Assembly: GCF_964355755.1 (NCBI RefSeq)
Contig: NC_092673.1
Coordinates: 12,992,948 to 13,056,947, forward strand
Source of the DNA: Antedon mediterranea
Taxonomy: Eukaryota > Animalia > Echinodermata
Length of the DNA stretch: 64,000 nucleotides
Reading direction: 5' to 3'
Under the pieces are notes generated by a model that did not search any database, had not been told where the DNA came from, and saw nothing but the letters and a program-made list of their open reading frames with translations. Of the stretch, positions 26,300 to 40,745 are shown in pieces; the stretch's first letter is position 1, and every line of letters begins with the position of its first letter. The translations under genes were made by a program, and so were the position numbers.

Positions 26300-28750
26300 T
26301 ATCTTTGGCCAGATTAGATATTGAAACACCAGAATGAATACATTGAAATTTGATCTCATTTTTTTAAAGGTTCAATCTCCTTTGGTTAAAAAAATGGCTT
26401 CTTTATTGTGTGAATGTAAGCGGAGTCTAGGTCAAACTTTGAGAAATATATTCATATATATTCATCTACAGTCAGAGTCACATTTTTTTTCGGCATATCA
26501 GTTCAATCACATTTGGGACAATAACAAGGTGTGACAGCCATGGTATAAATTTTCTTTTTAATCCATGGCGTTAAAAGTAATATAACTCAAATATAAAACA
26601 GATTATTGCCTTAATGATGTAATTTCATAGGGTGAATTGAGCTAAAGTGTAAAGATTGGTAACATTTCTCAGCAGCTCTCTCCAAACACTTAATGAAAGC
26701 CATTGTTAAGGTTGTTCCTACAGTTCTTCCTTTACAGCATTGCCTACACTGAGGTATTCATTTGCCTGTAAAAAATTTATTCTGCACTCTACTCTAGTTG
26801 TTTATTCTAGTCCATCAGTATGTTCACTATGTGCTGGTTGCTTATATTGTTCATGCTAAAATTTGATTTCAATTTTGTTCCTGGTTTGACAGACATCCTT
26901 CACATGCAGACTTGTTCTATGACATTCATGTCAAAGTCAAATGCTTGTACAACATGCTATTTAAAGTGGACTGGTTCCACAATTACCTCTTTATATGTTT
27001 TCCATACTGTCTGGAATTACATTATGTTGTGTACCTTGATTCTAAACATGAAATGGGCTGGATACTCCGATGTAGCCCTTGTTTATTTTCAAAACTTGGA
27101 TTTGGATGTTGGTATTGTTCAATTACATGCACTTTTATTAGGATTGTAATTTATAAGTCAGGGCATCACATATAAAAACTGATTTGCTCTCCTAGGATTA
27201 CTAAGAATATCTTGCTCTCCTTGCAAAAATTTAAAATCACTATCCTCAAATAAAGCCATGTACTCCTGGTGTATTCGAGGAGAGTGATGGTAATTTTTAT
27301 TCAAATTTCCAATAAAAAGAACAATAAATTCACTGCACAATTTAAAAAAACTCCATACTCCAACATAACTTTTATTATACTAAAAAAATATATCAGGGGC
27401 TACAATTAAAAAAGCATACAGTATTGTATATACATTATAAATATAAAAGAAAGTATTAAAAGTGCTTTGTTTGCTTCTGTGTTCAAATTTTTTAAATAAA
27501 AAAGATACAGTATTGTATATACATTATAAATGTAAAAGAAATAATTAAAAATTCTTTGCTTGCTCCTGTGTTCCAATTTGTTTTATATCTCATGGTTATT
27601 TCTTATATTTTCGAGTGTTAAGTTACATTACAGTTTAAAAAAAATAGTTACAACTTAGAGTTTAAAAAAAAAGAGTTGAACTGAATTCTTTACCATTATT
27701 CTGATTAAGCGTTTTTTTAAAATATGTCTGTACTGTATGTAATTTACAGTGAGTTGAATTAGAATGATGAATCAGATGCCACACTACTAGAAGATGGATC
27801 ACTCTGGGCAGAGTCTTGTAATTCCATTAAATCTTAAATAAATATTAAAACCAGATTGCTGCATCAGTGTATCCTTGACTGCAAGTTCCAGCGAATGTGT
27901 GTGTCACTTGTTTTCTCGAACGTGGTAGTTGTCCAGGATTTTTGGACAGAACCAAACTACCAGACTTTGAACACTCAGTTACTGAAGCAGTCGCTATTTT
28001 GTTTTTTAAGGCCTTGATTGTGCACTTCTGAGTCTGATAGAAGGGTGACTTTCCATATTTCTTGAAATTCACTTTTGTTGATATTCGTTTTACAATGATA
28101 TTGAAATAGGCATGTGTTATATATCATCAGTCCATTTTCATTTCTGATTTGACTTACAGAGTCTATAGTCATTTTGTCTTGAGTGTAAATGATATTCGTT
28201 TTTGTTTTGGATGTCAACCTTTTTTTTGCCAGTATGGTTGCTTGTCCATTTTCCACTTCAACAGTCCATATATCGGCTCGCAGAATGTTTCGATATACAC
28301 TGTTCATATCATTTCTTTGTATTTTTCAACATCAACCAAGAAACTTAAATTTTCGCACACTCGAAGTGGAGTGTTTGTACACTTGCAATATTCTTTGGTA
28401 TTTAGTAATATCTTGACTGCTTCTGCTGGAGTGTATCTACTCCTTCGACACTTAAAAAAAATTGGAAGTAGATTGTCGTTCTTATACAGTCCGTTAAAAA
28501 TAACAGAATATCGTAATAATATTTTATTTAATATAATTGTTAATAAAAATAATTCATTAAAAAATAACTGGGACGTAAACAATAATTGCGTAGAAGTACA
28601 CTACAGAAACAATAATTCCGTATGTGTTATAATAATTTGACGAAAACTGTATCTTTCTTACCATAGTCGGCTTAGCATCATGTGTTTTAATGTTAGCTTC
28701 ATCTTCATCAGAAATATCAAATTCTTCAGTGATTTCATTTTTGATAGATA
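26300..28750 (-). pseudogene. decayed transposase-like gene (MULE-like)
   Basis: Broken minus-strand ORFs, including TPLRVCENLSFLVDV..DIW and PGQLPRSRKQV; no catalytic residues seen. Confidence 0.3.
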
Positions 28751-28996
28751 CTGATAGAACAAAATTTAACAATATAATTAAATTTAAAAGGCATTTTCCT
28801 AAAAATGGCAATGCTATGGGTATGGGTTACTCGCTTATCTAGCCGTTATTTATGAAATACTTTATGTTTTAAGGATATGTGTAATTAATTAATCAATCAG
28901 TAGATATAACTAAACACCTTTTAATTTGGCGGCTCGGCATGTTTAGATACAATACAGAGGCCGTTGGTAGGTGACGTACAGTAACATCTAGAAAAA

Positions 28997-31900
28997 CATG
29001 GCCGTCTAATTACTGTGATATAGCCTATCGTGTGCGGCCCATCAAAAAACATCAGTGTGCCGAGTGTGCCCGTACAGTAGGCCTACCAATCAGCGGTTTC
29101 GGAAGAGATACGTAGAATTACGCGACCAATTAGTAGCATTAACATATAATGGTTTTAATGGTTTTTAATTTATATAGCGCAAAATACAAATAATCTCTAT
29201 GCGCTGTTTAGCAAAAGTGTGAAAATGAAAATGTTGATGTAAAATAAACCACGAAATAGATAAGATACGTTTTTTTCTTTCAGATATATAAACTATTTAA
29301 TTAATTAATTTCTATTACAATAACCAAACTTTATTACTTTTTTGGCAAGGGGGTGTGTCATCAAGATGGACAGGTTGATAAACTACTCTGCTATTTCCTC
29401 TTTTCAATGCTTTTGCACACTCAGATGCAACATACATGGAATGCATGTTATGGCCAAACTGCGCTAAACTAGGGTTCTCACACCTTCCACCTGCCCCTCT
29501 CTGCATCTGGACAATCTAACAATTCTTTCCCAGGAAAGAAATGAGTTCACTAAAAGAAAGAAAAAAACGTTTGATTATAAAAATTGTTTTGTGATAAAGT
29601 GCTCTGATAATATACACTTAACTAAAAGGCTTTCCATTCCTCCCTTGATATTCTGCGATGTGCACCTTTATATTTCTTATGATTATTGTATTATGCAACT
29701 TAGTACTAACCTGTTATTCTATGCCCTTCCATTGTTTCTTGACTTAACAGCATTTTTTTTGCCTTGTTGCTTTATCGACATCCTGGTCCTCCCACTCTTG
29801 TAAGAATCCTAAAAATTCTTCCTTAAGCCACTATAAAAAAAAAAGTTTTTAGTGTTATAAAATTGATTAGGTTTGTTGTCAACATGATTTCATAAGGTCA
29901 TTATTCTACCCTCCATGGTTGAGTTTTTCCTTATTTCTAGTAACATAAGCACACATACCTTAAAACGCCAATCATTTTCTATATTCTTTCAATTCCATTA
30001 ACACAGTTAGAAACATTGAGGCAATCCAAGAAACGATCGAACATTCTGATAAACTTCACAGTCGATTGCGTACATCCTTTGCCAGACATCTCCATATCAT
30101 TGGCGAGAGTAAAAATAAACACTATTTAAAACATAACATATTTACACAAAAGCTAACATCGTAATCAACTGTTCAGTATTGTCAGTGTTGGTATTCAAGG
30201 TTAAAAATATAGCTGTGCTGCCATGTAAAAACGCATTCTTAGGGACGTGTCAGATGTAGATGTTCAAATGATATCTTGTGGAGGCGGCGCAATCCTGGGC
30301 AACTTCTGTTTAGCCCAATATCCCACTCGTACAAGTCAAGCAATTGAGTCCATTTGATGTCCTATTTAGCATACTGTATAAGAAAATGAAATACGTAATA
30401 CGTAATGAACAGAATATATATTTTTGTAAAACACAAATTTGAGAGTTGAGGTAATTCAAAATGATAGTGATAACAACTAAATTTACATGTAAGTGTCTTG
30501 TTGTGGTAACTAGAATTCTCAAAATTGTTTCTTGTGGTTTTAAGTAGATGAGGCACATTACATATAAAATATACAGTCCTTGCTGGATCTACATGGTGCA
30601 CCGAAGAATAAACTGTGGATTTTTCACCGGGAGCTGAATGAAAACGATAACATTTTCTATTTGGAGAGGCACCATCCGAGACCATTGCCCTAACTTCAAA
30701 TCCACTAGCTTCAACTAGTTCAATTGTTCACTCGTTGCAGTTAAAGTGGCATAGTAGCCAATAGGCGCATGAAGATCAGAAAATATCCCCCGAAGCATTA
30801 AGACAAGAACGTGTGACGCAACTGTGCATTGTGCATTAGGCGTCATCTACAAATTATTTCAGACCACAGAGACGCGTCTGAAAACTTGCAACCCATCAGA
30901 CGCGTCTGTCCAATGCTGAACCTCATTAACGATCTATTATGAATATTCATGAGCTACCCAATCGCGGCGAAAACGCGTCTGTGTGATTAAAACCCGTCTT
31001 CGTTGTTTAGTAGGTAAAACAATAGAAAACGCGTCTGAGTGATTAAAACCCGTCTGTATTGCTTTTATGGTGAAACAACATTGGTATCATTTCACAGAAC
31101 CAACAAATCTGAGACTAGGCCTAGGTTATCCTATTTGGACGGAAATTCGTCTCATCGGGCCTCTGGGCCTCTGGACTTCAGCTCATGCAGAGAGAAAGAA
31201 AGTCTAGGCTAGCCTAGTTTCGGCGGCCTACACTACTAGGCCTATAAATTACTTAACGCTCCTACCTTGGGTTAGCGAATTATAAAAACAACGACACCTA
31301 GGCCTAGGCTAGGATATGAAAAATAAATATATATTCCATATTAAGATTTAACATAGGCCTAGGGCCTAGGCCTTTTAAAATGATTACGACATGTGTAAAG
31401 AAAAAGGCTCGACCAGAATTTGGAGGGGAAAAACATGTGAGCAGTTTAGAGCTAGAGAGAGTATTAGGTTTCATGTCATGCGACACAAAATCCAGGTACA
31501 CGATCTTTACTGTTTTATCGTCGTCAGACGGCAGCCGCCAGAGTATCGCGTTTCATGCCATGTGACAAAAAAAACTAGGTCTGTATTTATTACGGTCTTC
31601 TGTCGGCAGTCTTTTTGAGCGACCGACTGAAAACGTTCTGATACTATATTTAGAATGAATTGTTTACGATCTTTTTTTCTCGGCATCGTTCTGGATGGAC
31701 TGGACGTTCGCTATATGTTTATTAGTTGGCCTGTTCGTTGAGGTTCACCTGTGTTGGATCGCGTGTCTCTACGTTGAGTAGGTAAACACGCACGAAGGAA
31801 ACGATTACGATTAAAAAATATTATATATTTACAACTTGGTCCTCCGCCAGTTAAATTTAAAACATTAATTTCACACCTTCTTACTTCACTAAGAACATCG

Positions 31901-33336
31901 TAGGGTTGTTTATTTAGGTTACAAACTCCCTACGAAGTTCAGAACGTAGCTCATTGAAAGTTGTTTATTGAGGTTACGAAGCCAAACAATGGAACCTACG
32001 AAGCCAACAACGTAGCCTACAAAGCTACTTCGTAGGTAAAGTTGCAGTATTTTCTTTCTGTACTGTAGGTCAATAGTTTGAGTGATTCCATGTTCCAAAA
32101 GTTAACTTTAACGTTTTTGCATGTGGTAAATTCACTCTTTAGCACAAGAAAAATAAAATCGCAAAAATAAAAGGTCGCGAATAAATAGAAACGAAAATTT
32201 GCGCTTTACAGTATACTCTGTCGGCGGTAAACGGGTATACCTGTACTGATTTGTTTGTCTTACTGCCGGTTGTAAATAATAATTTAATATCATTCACTCT
32301 TGCATGTAGCGCGTTTAACACCAGTACACAGTATAACAATGTGCAGTCAGCCGTATATAGGGGCGGGGCCATAGTCGAACATGCATATTGGCGTCTAGAC
32401 GCAGCCAAATCAGACGGGTTTTGAGACGCGTTTTTGGGTAAACAATAGAAAACGCGTCTGGACGCTGATTTGTGGTCTGAAATAATTTGTAGATGACGCC
32501 TTAAGCAGATATTGTTGATTGGGCATTATTTTGTCTTTTCCTTAATTGAAATAAATTTGGTCGCAATACTGTACATAAACTACAACGTTCTTGGTCCTTA
32601 GGAATAAATAGATTGCACTTGTTGTGGTATTTCCCCATTTGGCCCCTTCTTCCACTCTATTATCTCCTTAAAATCATCATTCCCAATGCAAATTTTTTTT
32701 TGAAAAAACATCCTATCATACTAATGATCTTTATATCTAAATTGTAAAAAACTTCTTTTCTGGCAAAAGCTGAAATTATTCCAAACTGTTACATTTAAAA
32801 TTACTTGGCCTGTAGGTGCTAATTGAATGACTTGATCACCATTTCGCCAACATATAAGACCATTATCGCGAGCTTCTTGTTCTAAATCTGCTAATGTCCT
32901 ACTACCTGTACTGATACACAAAGTTTCCTCAGCTCCACATGGACAAATATGCTCTTCGTATTTAGCAACAACAATGTTGGTTTTCACAGTTTTTCTGTCA
33001 GAGGTTTTTATCTTCTTGGTTTTGACTTTCCACCGGTTTAGTTTCATCGAGCAGCATTTGCAAATATAATATGCATGGATACCTATAAATTAGAAAATAA
33101 ACAAGTTTAAAAAAAAATAATGCGGGCAGTGAGAGTTAACATTTACAGTACAAAGAATATATTTTTAGATACATGAAAAATATTGTTCGTTTACCTTCTA
33201 CATCAGATTCAACATCAATCTCTAACGCATCACAGATTAGTTTTGCCACTGCTTCTTTTTTCAATGGTGCCCTATCTGTCCATGAAGGAGGGTTTTCGCA
33301 ACCGCAAAGCCTGCATACACTCAGAATTTTTTCCAT
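28997..33336 (-). mobile_element. P-superfamily (THAP9-like core) transposon, decayed, with RAG1-N-like zinc domain instead of THAP
   Basis: ASHVLVLMLRGIFSDLHAPIGYY, VSDGASPNRK, ICNVPHLLKTTRNNF, QRGAGGRCENPS; N-terminus CRLCG..LEIDVESDVEG|IHAYYICKCC (intron 33194-33083); candidate end CATGGCCGTCTAATTACTGTG at 28997. Confidence 0.75.
30839..32500. mobile_element. PIF/Harbinger non-autonomous element inside the P transposase
   Basis: 30-bp TIR GGCGTCATCTACAAATTATTTCAGACCACA; TTA TSD 30836-30838 and 32501-32503; subterminal ACGCGTCTG repeats. Confidence 0.88.
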
Positions 33337-34719
33337 CTGTAATAAGTAACAACACGAAATGGTAAATTTAAAATTTTTTATAACCAAACAATTAAGGTTG
33401 TAGACATGTTCATACAAAAGAAAAATTAACAACCTGGGCCTAACTGAACATGGTATCAATAATTAATAAATACTACTGTCAGAACAAGTAAAATTGTTTT
33501 TTGATTATTTAGGCCTAGTAGTCTAGTAGTAAAAATTTAAAATTTTGACCCAGCCAGTAGTGTTCTTTGCATGGATGACAACTACAGTATGCCTAAATTT
33601 ATCCTTAGAACATAAACTTTAATTTTCCGGGTGTTGTCACTTTTTAAAATTACCCGAACATGCAAATTATAGAGGTACATCTATAAATCGATCATATCTT
33701 AACAATGCTTTTCTCTATTGAACTAATTTTGGTACCACTTGATTTAGAAGATAATAATAATCTATATATTAATGCTACTAAATGTTTCTCGTAATTTTAC
33801 GTATCTCCTCCAAAACCACTGAAAGATAAGTGCTTACATTTGGCACACTGATGTTTATTGAGGGGCCGCACACAATATTCTGTCACTTTCCTGAATTTTA
33901 AGGATAAACACTAAAAAAGGGCAAAAAATAGCAGTAATTTGACGTCACAGCGACCATGTTACGTCACTGTATAAACTATGCAACGTTCTCTGTTGTGTAC
34001 CGCTATGGCCGGATACCATGCCAGGCCGCTAAATAAACAGTCTTTAGTCAACCGTATCGAATGATCGCGCCATTGAAGTTTTAAATAATTACACCTATCC
34101 TTGGAACAAAATGTATTTTTTAAATCACGGTTTGGCTCACTGAGCAAATCGCCGTGACCATTAATATCAATGTTCAGGACTTCGAGTTCGAATCTGCGAC
34201 ATGGTTAAATTAAAAAATCAAAACTAGACCTCAATCTAATAATCTAATTACAAAACTAGCAAAAGAGATACGAAACCTCATACGCACACAAAAAGCAAAA
34301 TATAATAAACCATGAAATAACAAAAATGTAAATGAACACAAAAAAACCACAAATGGATTAACGAAAAATACACCTGAAATATAGTTTGGTATTACTTTCG
34401 TTAGTGTCCGCGCGCATCATCTTATTTCAACATCATGCATTTTTTTGTGTTGATTTCAAGTCCGTAAGAGGCTGTGGTTTCATTATGCCAATACTTCTCA
34501 ATTCTATAAATTACCAATTCATATGTTCACATTGAAATTTTTTCAACTGCCAACTGATTATCAGAGTTCAACCTGCATCTCCCTCTCATGTGCACCCTAG
34601 ATTAATATTCACACAGCGACTTCCCATATCCAGTATTGCTTTCATTTTGTAGCTCATAGTTTACTTAAAAGTGAAGGAATACTTGTATAACAAAATCCAT
34701 GGCTTTTTATGAGTGATAT

Positions 34720-35920
34720 GATATGAAGAGTGCGCTTATTATGATACTTACTCATCCCATGCGAATTAGTATATAACCATATATCAAAGCCGACAAAAAC
34801 TGCGACTGCTAGTAATAATTTATTTCGGAACTTCACTTTTGTAACAGTGGCACACTTCACATTTTGAAGGTGCGTCCAACAACAATATATAATAAATGAA
34901 AGCACAAGATAGACAAAAACATAGGCAATCTTACTTAATCTACATACGGTAACATGTAATAAACTCATTCATTCCCCTCCCTCCCCTTCTCCAAATATAA
35001 CAAGTACAACATGTAATTTAAATACAGTACATGATTACTCTTAATCTACAAAACCAATCACTAAGGGCTTGTTTGACTACAGACGAGCAGAATGTATTGG
35101 GAATATCTTTGAAGTTACGAATACAATCAAATATATCATTGGCGTTACCTTTCTTAAATATATTTTCTATACAGCTTAAAATCTTATAACTGAAGTAATT
35201 AAAATGACAATTGAAGGCAATTAAAGAATCAAGTAATAACCTCGGCCAACGTCTTTTTTCCATCTTTAAAACTCAATCTATGAAATTATTTTGTATGTCT
35301 GATATAGGTATCCAGCCAAGATATGAAGAGTGCGCTTATTATGATACTTACTCATCCCATGCGAATTAGTATATAACCATATATCAAAGCCGACAAAGAC
35401 TGCGACTGCTAGTAATAATTTATTTCGGAACTTCACTTTTGTAACAGTGGCACACTTCACATTTTGAAGGTGTGTCCAACAACAATATATAATAAATGAA
35501 AGCACAAGATAGACAAAAACATAGGCAATCTTACTTAATCTACATACGGTAACATGTAATAAACTCATTCATTCCCCTCCCTCCCCTTCTCCAAATATAA
35601 CAAGTACAACATGTAATTTAAATACAGTACATGATTACTCTTAATCTACAAAACCAATCACTAAGTGCTTGTTTGACTACAGACGAGCAGAATGTATTGG
35701 GAATATCTTTGAAGTTACGAATACAATCAAATATATCATTGGCGTTACCTTTCTTAAATATATTTTCTATACAGCTTAAAATCTTATAACTTAAGTAATT
35801 AAAATCACAATTGAAGGCAATTAAAGAATCAAGTAATAACCTCGGCCAACGTCTTTTTTCCATCTTTAAAACTCAATCTATGAAATTATTTTGTATGTCT
35901 GATATAGGTATCCAGCCAAG
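34720..35920. repeat. 600-bp tandem duplication of a LINE 3' region
   Basis: 34720-35319 vs 35320-35919, only a few substitutions. Confidence 0.92.
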
Positions 35921-36560
35921 GTCACCGTATAATGCTGTTCGTGGAGTATTACGAGATGCTTTCAAAATGCATCGGGCCATTTGCAGTTGCAACCGTTCAA
36001 GTTTATCGGTATCGCAACTACTACCGCACCACACAGAACATGCATATAGTTAATTGAAGGAAGAGCAATTGCTTTCCACAAGATATTACCATAATATACT
36101 CAATTTAAGTTATTACAATGGTCAATGATGGATTTTATATACGCAATAAGGCGATTTCCTTTCTTAATTACATCATCAATATGAAAGTGATCATTGAGGT
36201 TATATTTATAGTGATCTACTTCTGAAATACCATGGTTACCTAATTTCCAAATTTTAGTTTTATTAGTACGCTTGCCAATAACCATGAGATTGTACTTTTC
36301 ATAATTAAATTGCAATTTCCAAACTTGTGAAAACATATTTTTCATTTTGTGTTCATTGTCTGCAATCAAGACAACATCATCAGCCCAAAACAACCCCCCT
36401 AACCAAATACCATTAATTCTTACACCAATATCATGGGATCTCAGAAGTTTTGTAAACTCATTTTATAAATATGCAGAACAACACCGATGAAAGGACACAC
36501 CCTTGTTTCACACCTTGTTCAATACCGAATGCCTCTGTATATATATCTCCAAATTTGTCC
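34900..36560 (-). mobile_element. 5'-truncated LINE (RT C-terminal half)
   Basis: VKQGCVLSSVLF, LFWADDVVLIAD, YKY motif. Confidence 0.8.
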
Positions 36561-36979
36561 TTTAATATGTTTATACAACAGATCTATGATTTATATATAC
36601 TTTTCTATATGTGCTAATGAAATATTGTCGGAAGTGTCATTTTTCTCACCATCTGATCTTTGACCTGGGCCTAACATATCTCTTTAACCATTTAAAGATA
36701 TGATAAAATTTAGTCTAATAGAACATTTTGGCAAAATAGGACCACAAGTGAGATTATTAACCTTTAACTATATTTTGACATGCTTTTGGTATTTAGTAAT
36801 ACTTTTTTCATAGACTCAAATGGGATTTGATATAATTATAATAATGGTAATAGTCTAATGGTTAATTTTTTCATAAAATGGCCAAAACTTCAGTTATAAT
36901 TGTAATATATTTAATTATTTACCATAGTAAATCTATGGACAGGTTTTTTTTTTCTAAAATGATTTGTATTGTGCTATTA

Positions 36980-38110
36980 TACATACTGAAACTAATAATA
37001 TTTTAGATAATGCTTGTTGCATTTTATTGTGTGTTTTCCACATCTTCTACGTGATCATTGCAATTATAAATATTTTGACATTCCATCACTACAACCACAT
37101 GATCCAGTACATCGTAGTCCCTTTGAGCGACAACTGCAGCTAGCTCTAGAGCATGAAGTACGTCCACAGAATATCAGTTGTCAACAATGTTGGTATGAGT
37201 TCTTTGGTGCTTTCATCAATGTTCCATCCATAGTTGGTTGCTGCTGGGATATCCTGATTGCTTCTTGTTGACTGTAGCCAGACACATGTTTGGTAATGAG
37301 CCCTCTTTATATGGATTTTCCCCCTCAAAAATAACTTTAAACGTAGCTTGTAGTGGATTTCACTGTGGTTGCATTATAGTACAGCTTGCATACAAATTCT
37401 TCTACATTTCTGTTGACATTTGCAACAAGGGGAAATCTTCAAAACACCATCTAGAAGGCTGCTTCCATGCTGCTTTCTTTGAAATTCCATGGAATTGGCT
37501 TACAGTATCACAACCACTTATAGCATGGAATAAATGATTTTGTACAATATTTACAGGCAAATTGATGCACCGGCACATATTTTGGCTGTTTATCCAAACC
37601 TCATAAGTGAGAAGATCCCAGAAATGTAAAAGTAAGACGAGAACATCTGTATCTCTACTCATGATTATTGTACATTTATAACCAATGGCTTTTGCATCAA
37701 TTGTATGGAGGATTATCCAAGTATCGGCTTCCTCGTGATCAGATTGTAACTTAGTTGATGATTCCACTCTGAAATCGTCAACAAATCCACCAGCAGTAAC
37801 TATTTCTCTGTTCATTGTTCCTTTTTCCACAAGTGATGTAGACAGGAAATCAGTAAGGTTGGTCTTGTTTTCTGACATATCAATAAATGACTTCCAATTA
37901 TCTGGCAAAGGTTCTGATGGTTCATTGATAATTCGCCTAAATGGGTTTGCTTCTTTTTCCAGCTCGTTTGACACGAGTACCACTTTTAATTGAGCCCTTT
38001 AGGTACTGGTCGAAAGTACAGTAACATCTATTCTAGTACAGTTAGGGATGTTCCGAAAGTTGCTGAAGTTAATGCATCTGCTAACTTACCAAATTGCGTG
38101 GGACCTTTTG
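36980..38110 (-). pseudogene. Academ transposase C-terminus (XPG/PIN-like nuclease plus Cys-rich tail)
   Basis: NKTNLTDFL, SDHEEADTWIILH, SRDTDVLVLL, HAISGCDTVS, HIKRAHYQ..W, YGW, Cys cluster. Confidence 0.82.
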
Positions 38111-39035
38111 GCTTTCCACCTATGGCCTATATATTCGGTAACCCTATATATTCTCGCCTAATAATAAATAGTTTAGGCAGCCTAGGTCTACATACAATTA
38201 ATATTAATAGTAAATACTATTAATTATTGAATAACAAATATCATAATATTATTAAGCTAAATATATTGAATAATTATATGTAGCTAGGGCCTAGGCCAAA
38301 GCATCGGAACGCCACCTAAAACACAACACTGAATTGCCTAGGCCTAGATTGGCGGCTAGGGCCTAGGAGCGCCTAGGCAGGTCAAGCACTCCCCCAGAGC
38401 CACGCTCGTAAATGAAAGCAGCAGCCTGCAAATTAACCACCGTGCTCTTGGAACAAAGTGGACGAACAATTAACATGGTCTATTAAAAACTTAAACAATT
38501 TATCTTTTTAAGTACCTAAGTTTTAATATGCCAATACGTGCAGAAAACTTTAATAATACAATTTAAAAATACATAAAATATATCTATCTACGAATCTATA
38601 AAACTTGAAATTGACTTCTTCTTGACTGATCTTTTCGTGTTTGGTATTAAATTGCATGTTTCAAAAGCTAATTAAAATTCTGTTAAAAAACGGCTGGATT
38701 TGCGACCATGTACACTGTTATTCCCATATTTAGAAATCGTTTGTGTTTTATTTACTTTACACGCCAAAACTCGCCGGTAGAGGCCGGTGGTCTAATGGTG
38801 TATACACAAAGTACTACCGGAAATGATAAGATCTACAGGCTCGCGACACTTTGTAATGCTGTAGCATAGGAAATTATGTTTATTAAGGCAGAATTAATTA
38901 GGTTATAAACAAGCGATTAAACATTAGCATCTTCTTCTGTATATTTCCTCCATGGTTTTACCATACTCCGATTGATTTACACATGCACATTCTCATATAG
39001 TATCATCTGCGGTAAAAAAATAAAAGTTTTTCTTA

Positions 39036-40170
39036 CAATGATATCATGTATATCAACGTCATTTACATCGATTATCGTTTTCGTTAATGTTGTTGTCTTC
39101 TTCGTTGGCAATGGTATCATGCATACTGTATCAACGTCATCAACAATATCGATCTTATCTTCATAATTTTCGTTAATGTTGTTTTCTTCGTTGGCAATAG
39201 TATCATGCATATCAACGTCATTAACATCGATGTTATCTTCAAAATTTTCGTTAATGTTGTTGTCTTCTTCGTTGGCAATGGTATCATGCATATCAACGTC
39301 AATAACAACATCGATCTTATCTTCATAATTTTCGTTAATGTTGTTGTCTTCTTCGTTGGCAATGGTATCATGTAGATCAACGTCATTAACATCAATCTTA
39401 TCTTCATAATTTTCGTTAATGTTGTTGTCTTCTTCGTTGGCAATGGTATCATGTAGATCAACGTCATTAACATCGATCTTATCTTCATAATTTTCGTTAA
39501 TGTTGTTGTCTTCTTCGTTGGCAATGGTATCATGCATATCAACGTCATTAACAACATCGATCTTATCTTCATAATTTTCGTTAATGTTGTTTTCTTCCTT
39601 GGCAATGGTATCATGCATATCAACGTCATTAACAACATCGATCTTATCTTCATAATTTTCGTTAATGTTGTTTTCTTCTTCGTTGGCAATGATATCATGT
39701 ATATCAATGTCATTAACATCGATCTTCATAATTTTCATTAATGTTGTTGTCTTCTTTATTGGCAATGGTATCATGCATATCAACAGCATTAACAACATCG
39801 ATCTTATCTTCATAATTTTCATTAATGTTGTCTTCTTCGTTGTCAATGGTATCATGTATAACAACGTCATTAACATCGATCTTATCTTCATAATTTTCAT
39901 TAATGTTGTTGTCTTCTTCGTTGTCAATGGTATCATGCATATCAACGTCATTAACAACATCGATCTTATCTTCATAATTTTTGTTAATGTTGTCTTCTTC
40001 GTTATCAATGGTATCATGCATATCAACGTCATTAACATCGATCTTATCTTCATAATTTTCGTTACTGTTTTTGTCTTCTTCGTTGGCAATGGTATCATGC
40101 ATATCAACGTCATTAACATCGATCTTATCTTCATAATTTTCCCTAATGTTTTTGTCTTCTTCGTTGTCAA
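39036..40170. repeat. minisatellite, ~14 x ~81 bp, potentially encoding D/E/N-rich repeats
   Basis: Minus frame DVDMHDTIANEEDNNINENYEDKIDVN; unit lengths mostly differ by 3 nt. Confidence 0.9.
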
Positions 40171-40745
40171 TATCACTCGATAGTAAGAAATTAGAAACTA
40201 ATAATTGAAAAGCAGTACAATATTAATTTCTATGCTGGAGATTGTATTATTATTATTTATCATAATTAATTGTATTATTTTGTTTGTAAACTATATGTAA
40301 CTGTTATTTATTTTCTTTGTTATGTTATTGTAATACCGTATGTGTTACATGTATGAAATGAAATAGTTAGTCTTCGGTCTCTTCATTGTCTTTGATAACT
40401 GTCATGGCGAGACATGTGTTCCAACCACCACCGTTTAAAAAGGTTACATGTACGGGTAGCGGCAGGTTTTGTAGATCACCATCAACTATGGTATCCTGTG
40501 TGATGGTAAACAAGAAATTTGTCGTCTGGTGTTGCAATTACGGCCTCAAATGGACGTGTTAAACTATAGGATAAATTAAAAAGAAAAAGAAGATTTTTTT
40601 TTTATGTATCATTGATATTTGTATATTATGTATCAGGCATATGGGATAAACCCATTAAAACGAAGGACGGCCATACATTGCAAAATAAAATAATTTGAAC
40701 GTAACAGTAGAGAAAATCCGAACTGGATTGAAAAATATAGATTAA

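Noticed and set aside
33930-33960. Left TIR of the 29-33 kb P element
   Set aside because: CAGTAATTTGACG..CCATG only partly matches the 28997 end and no TSD is shared
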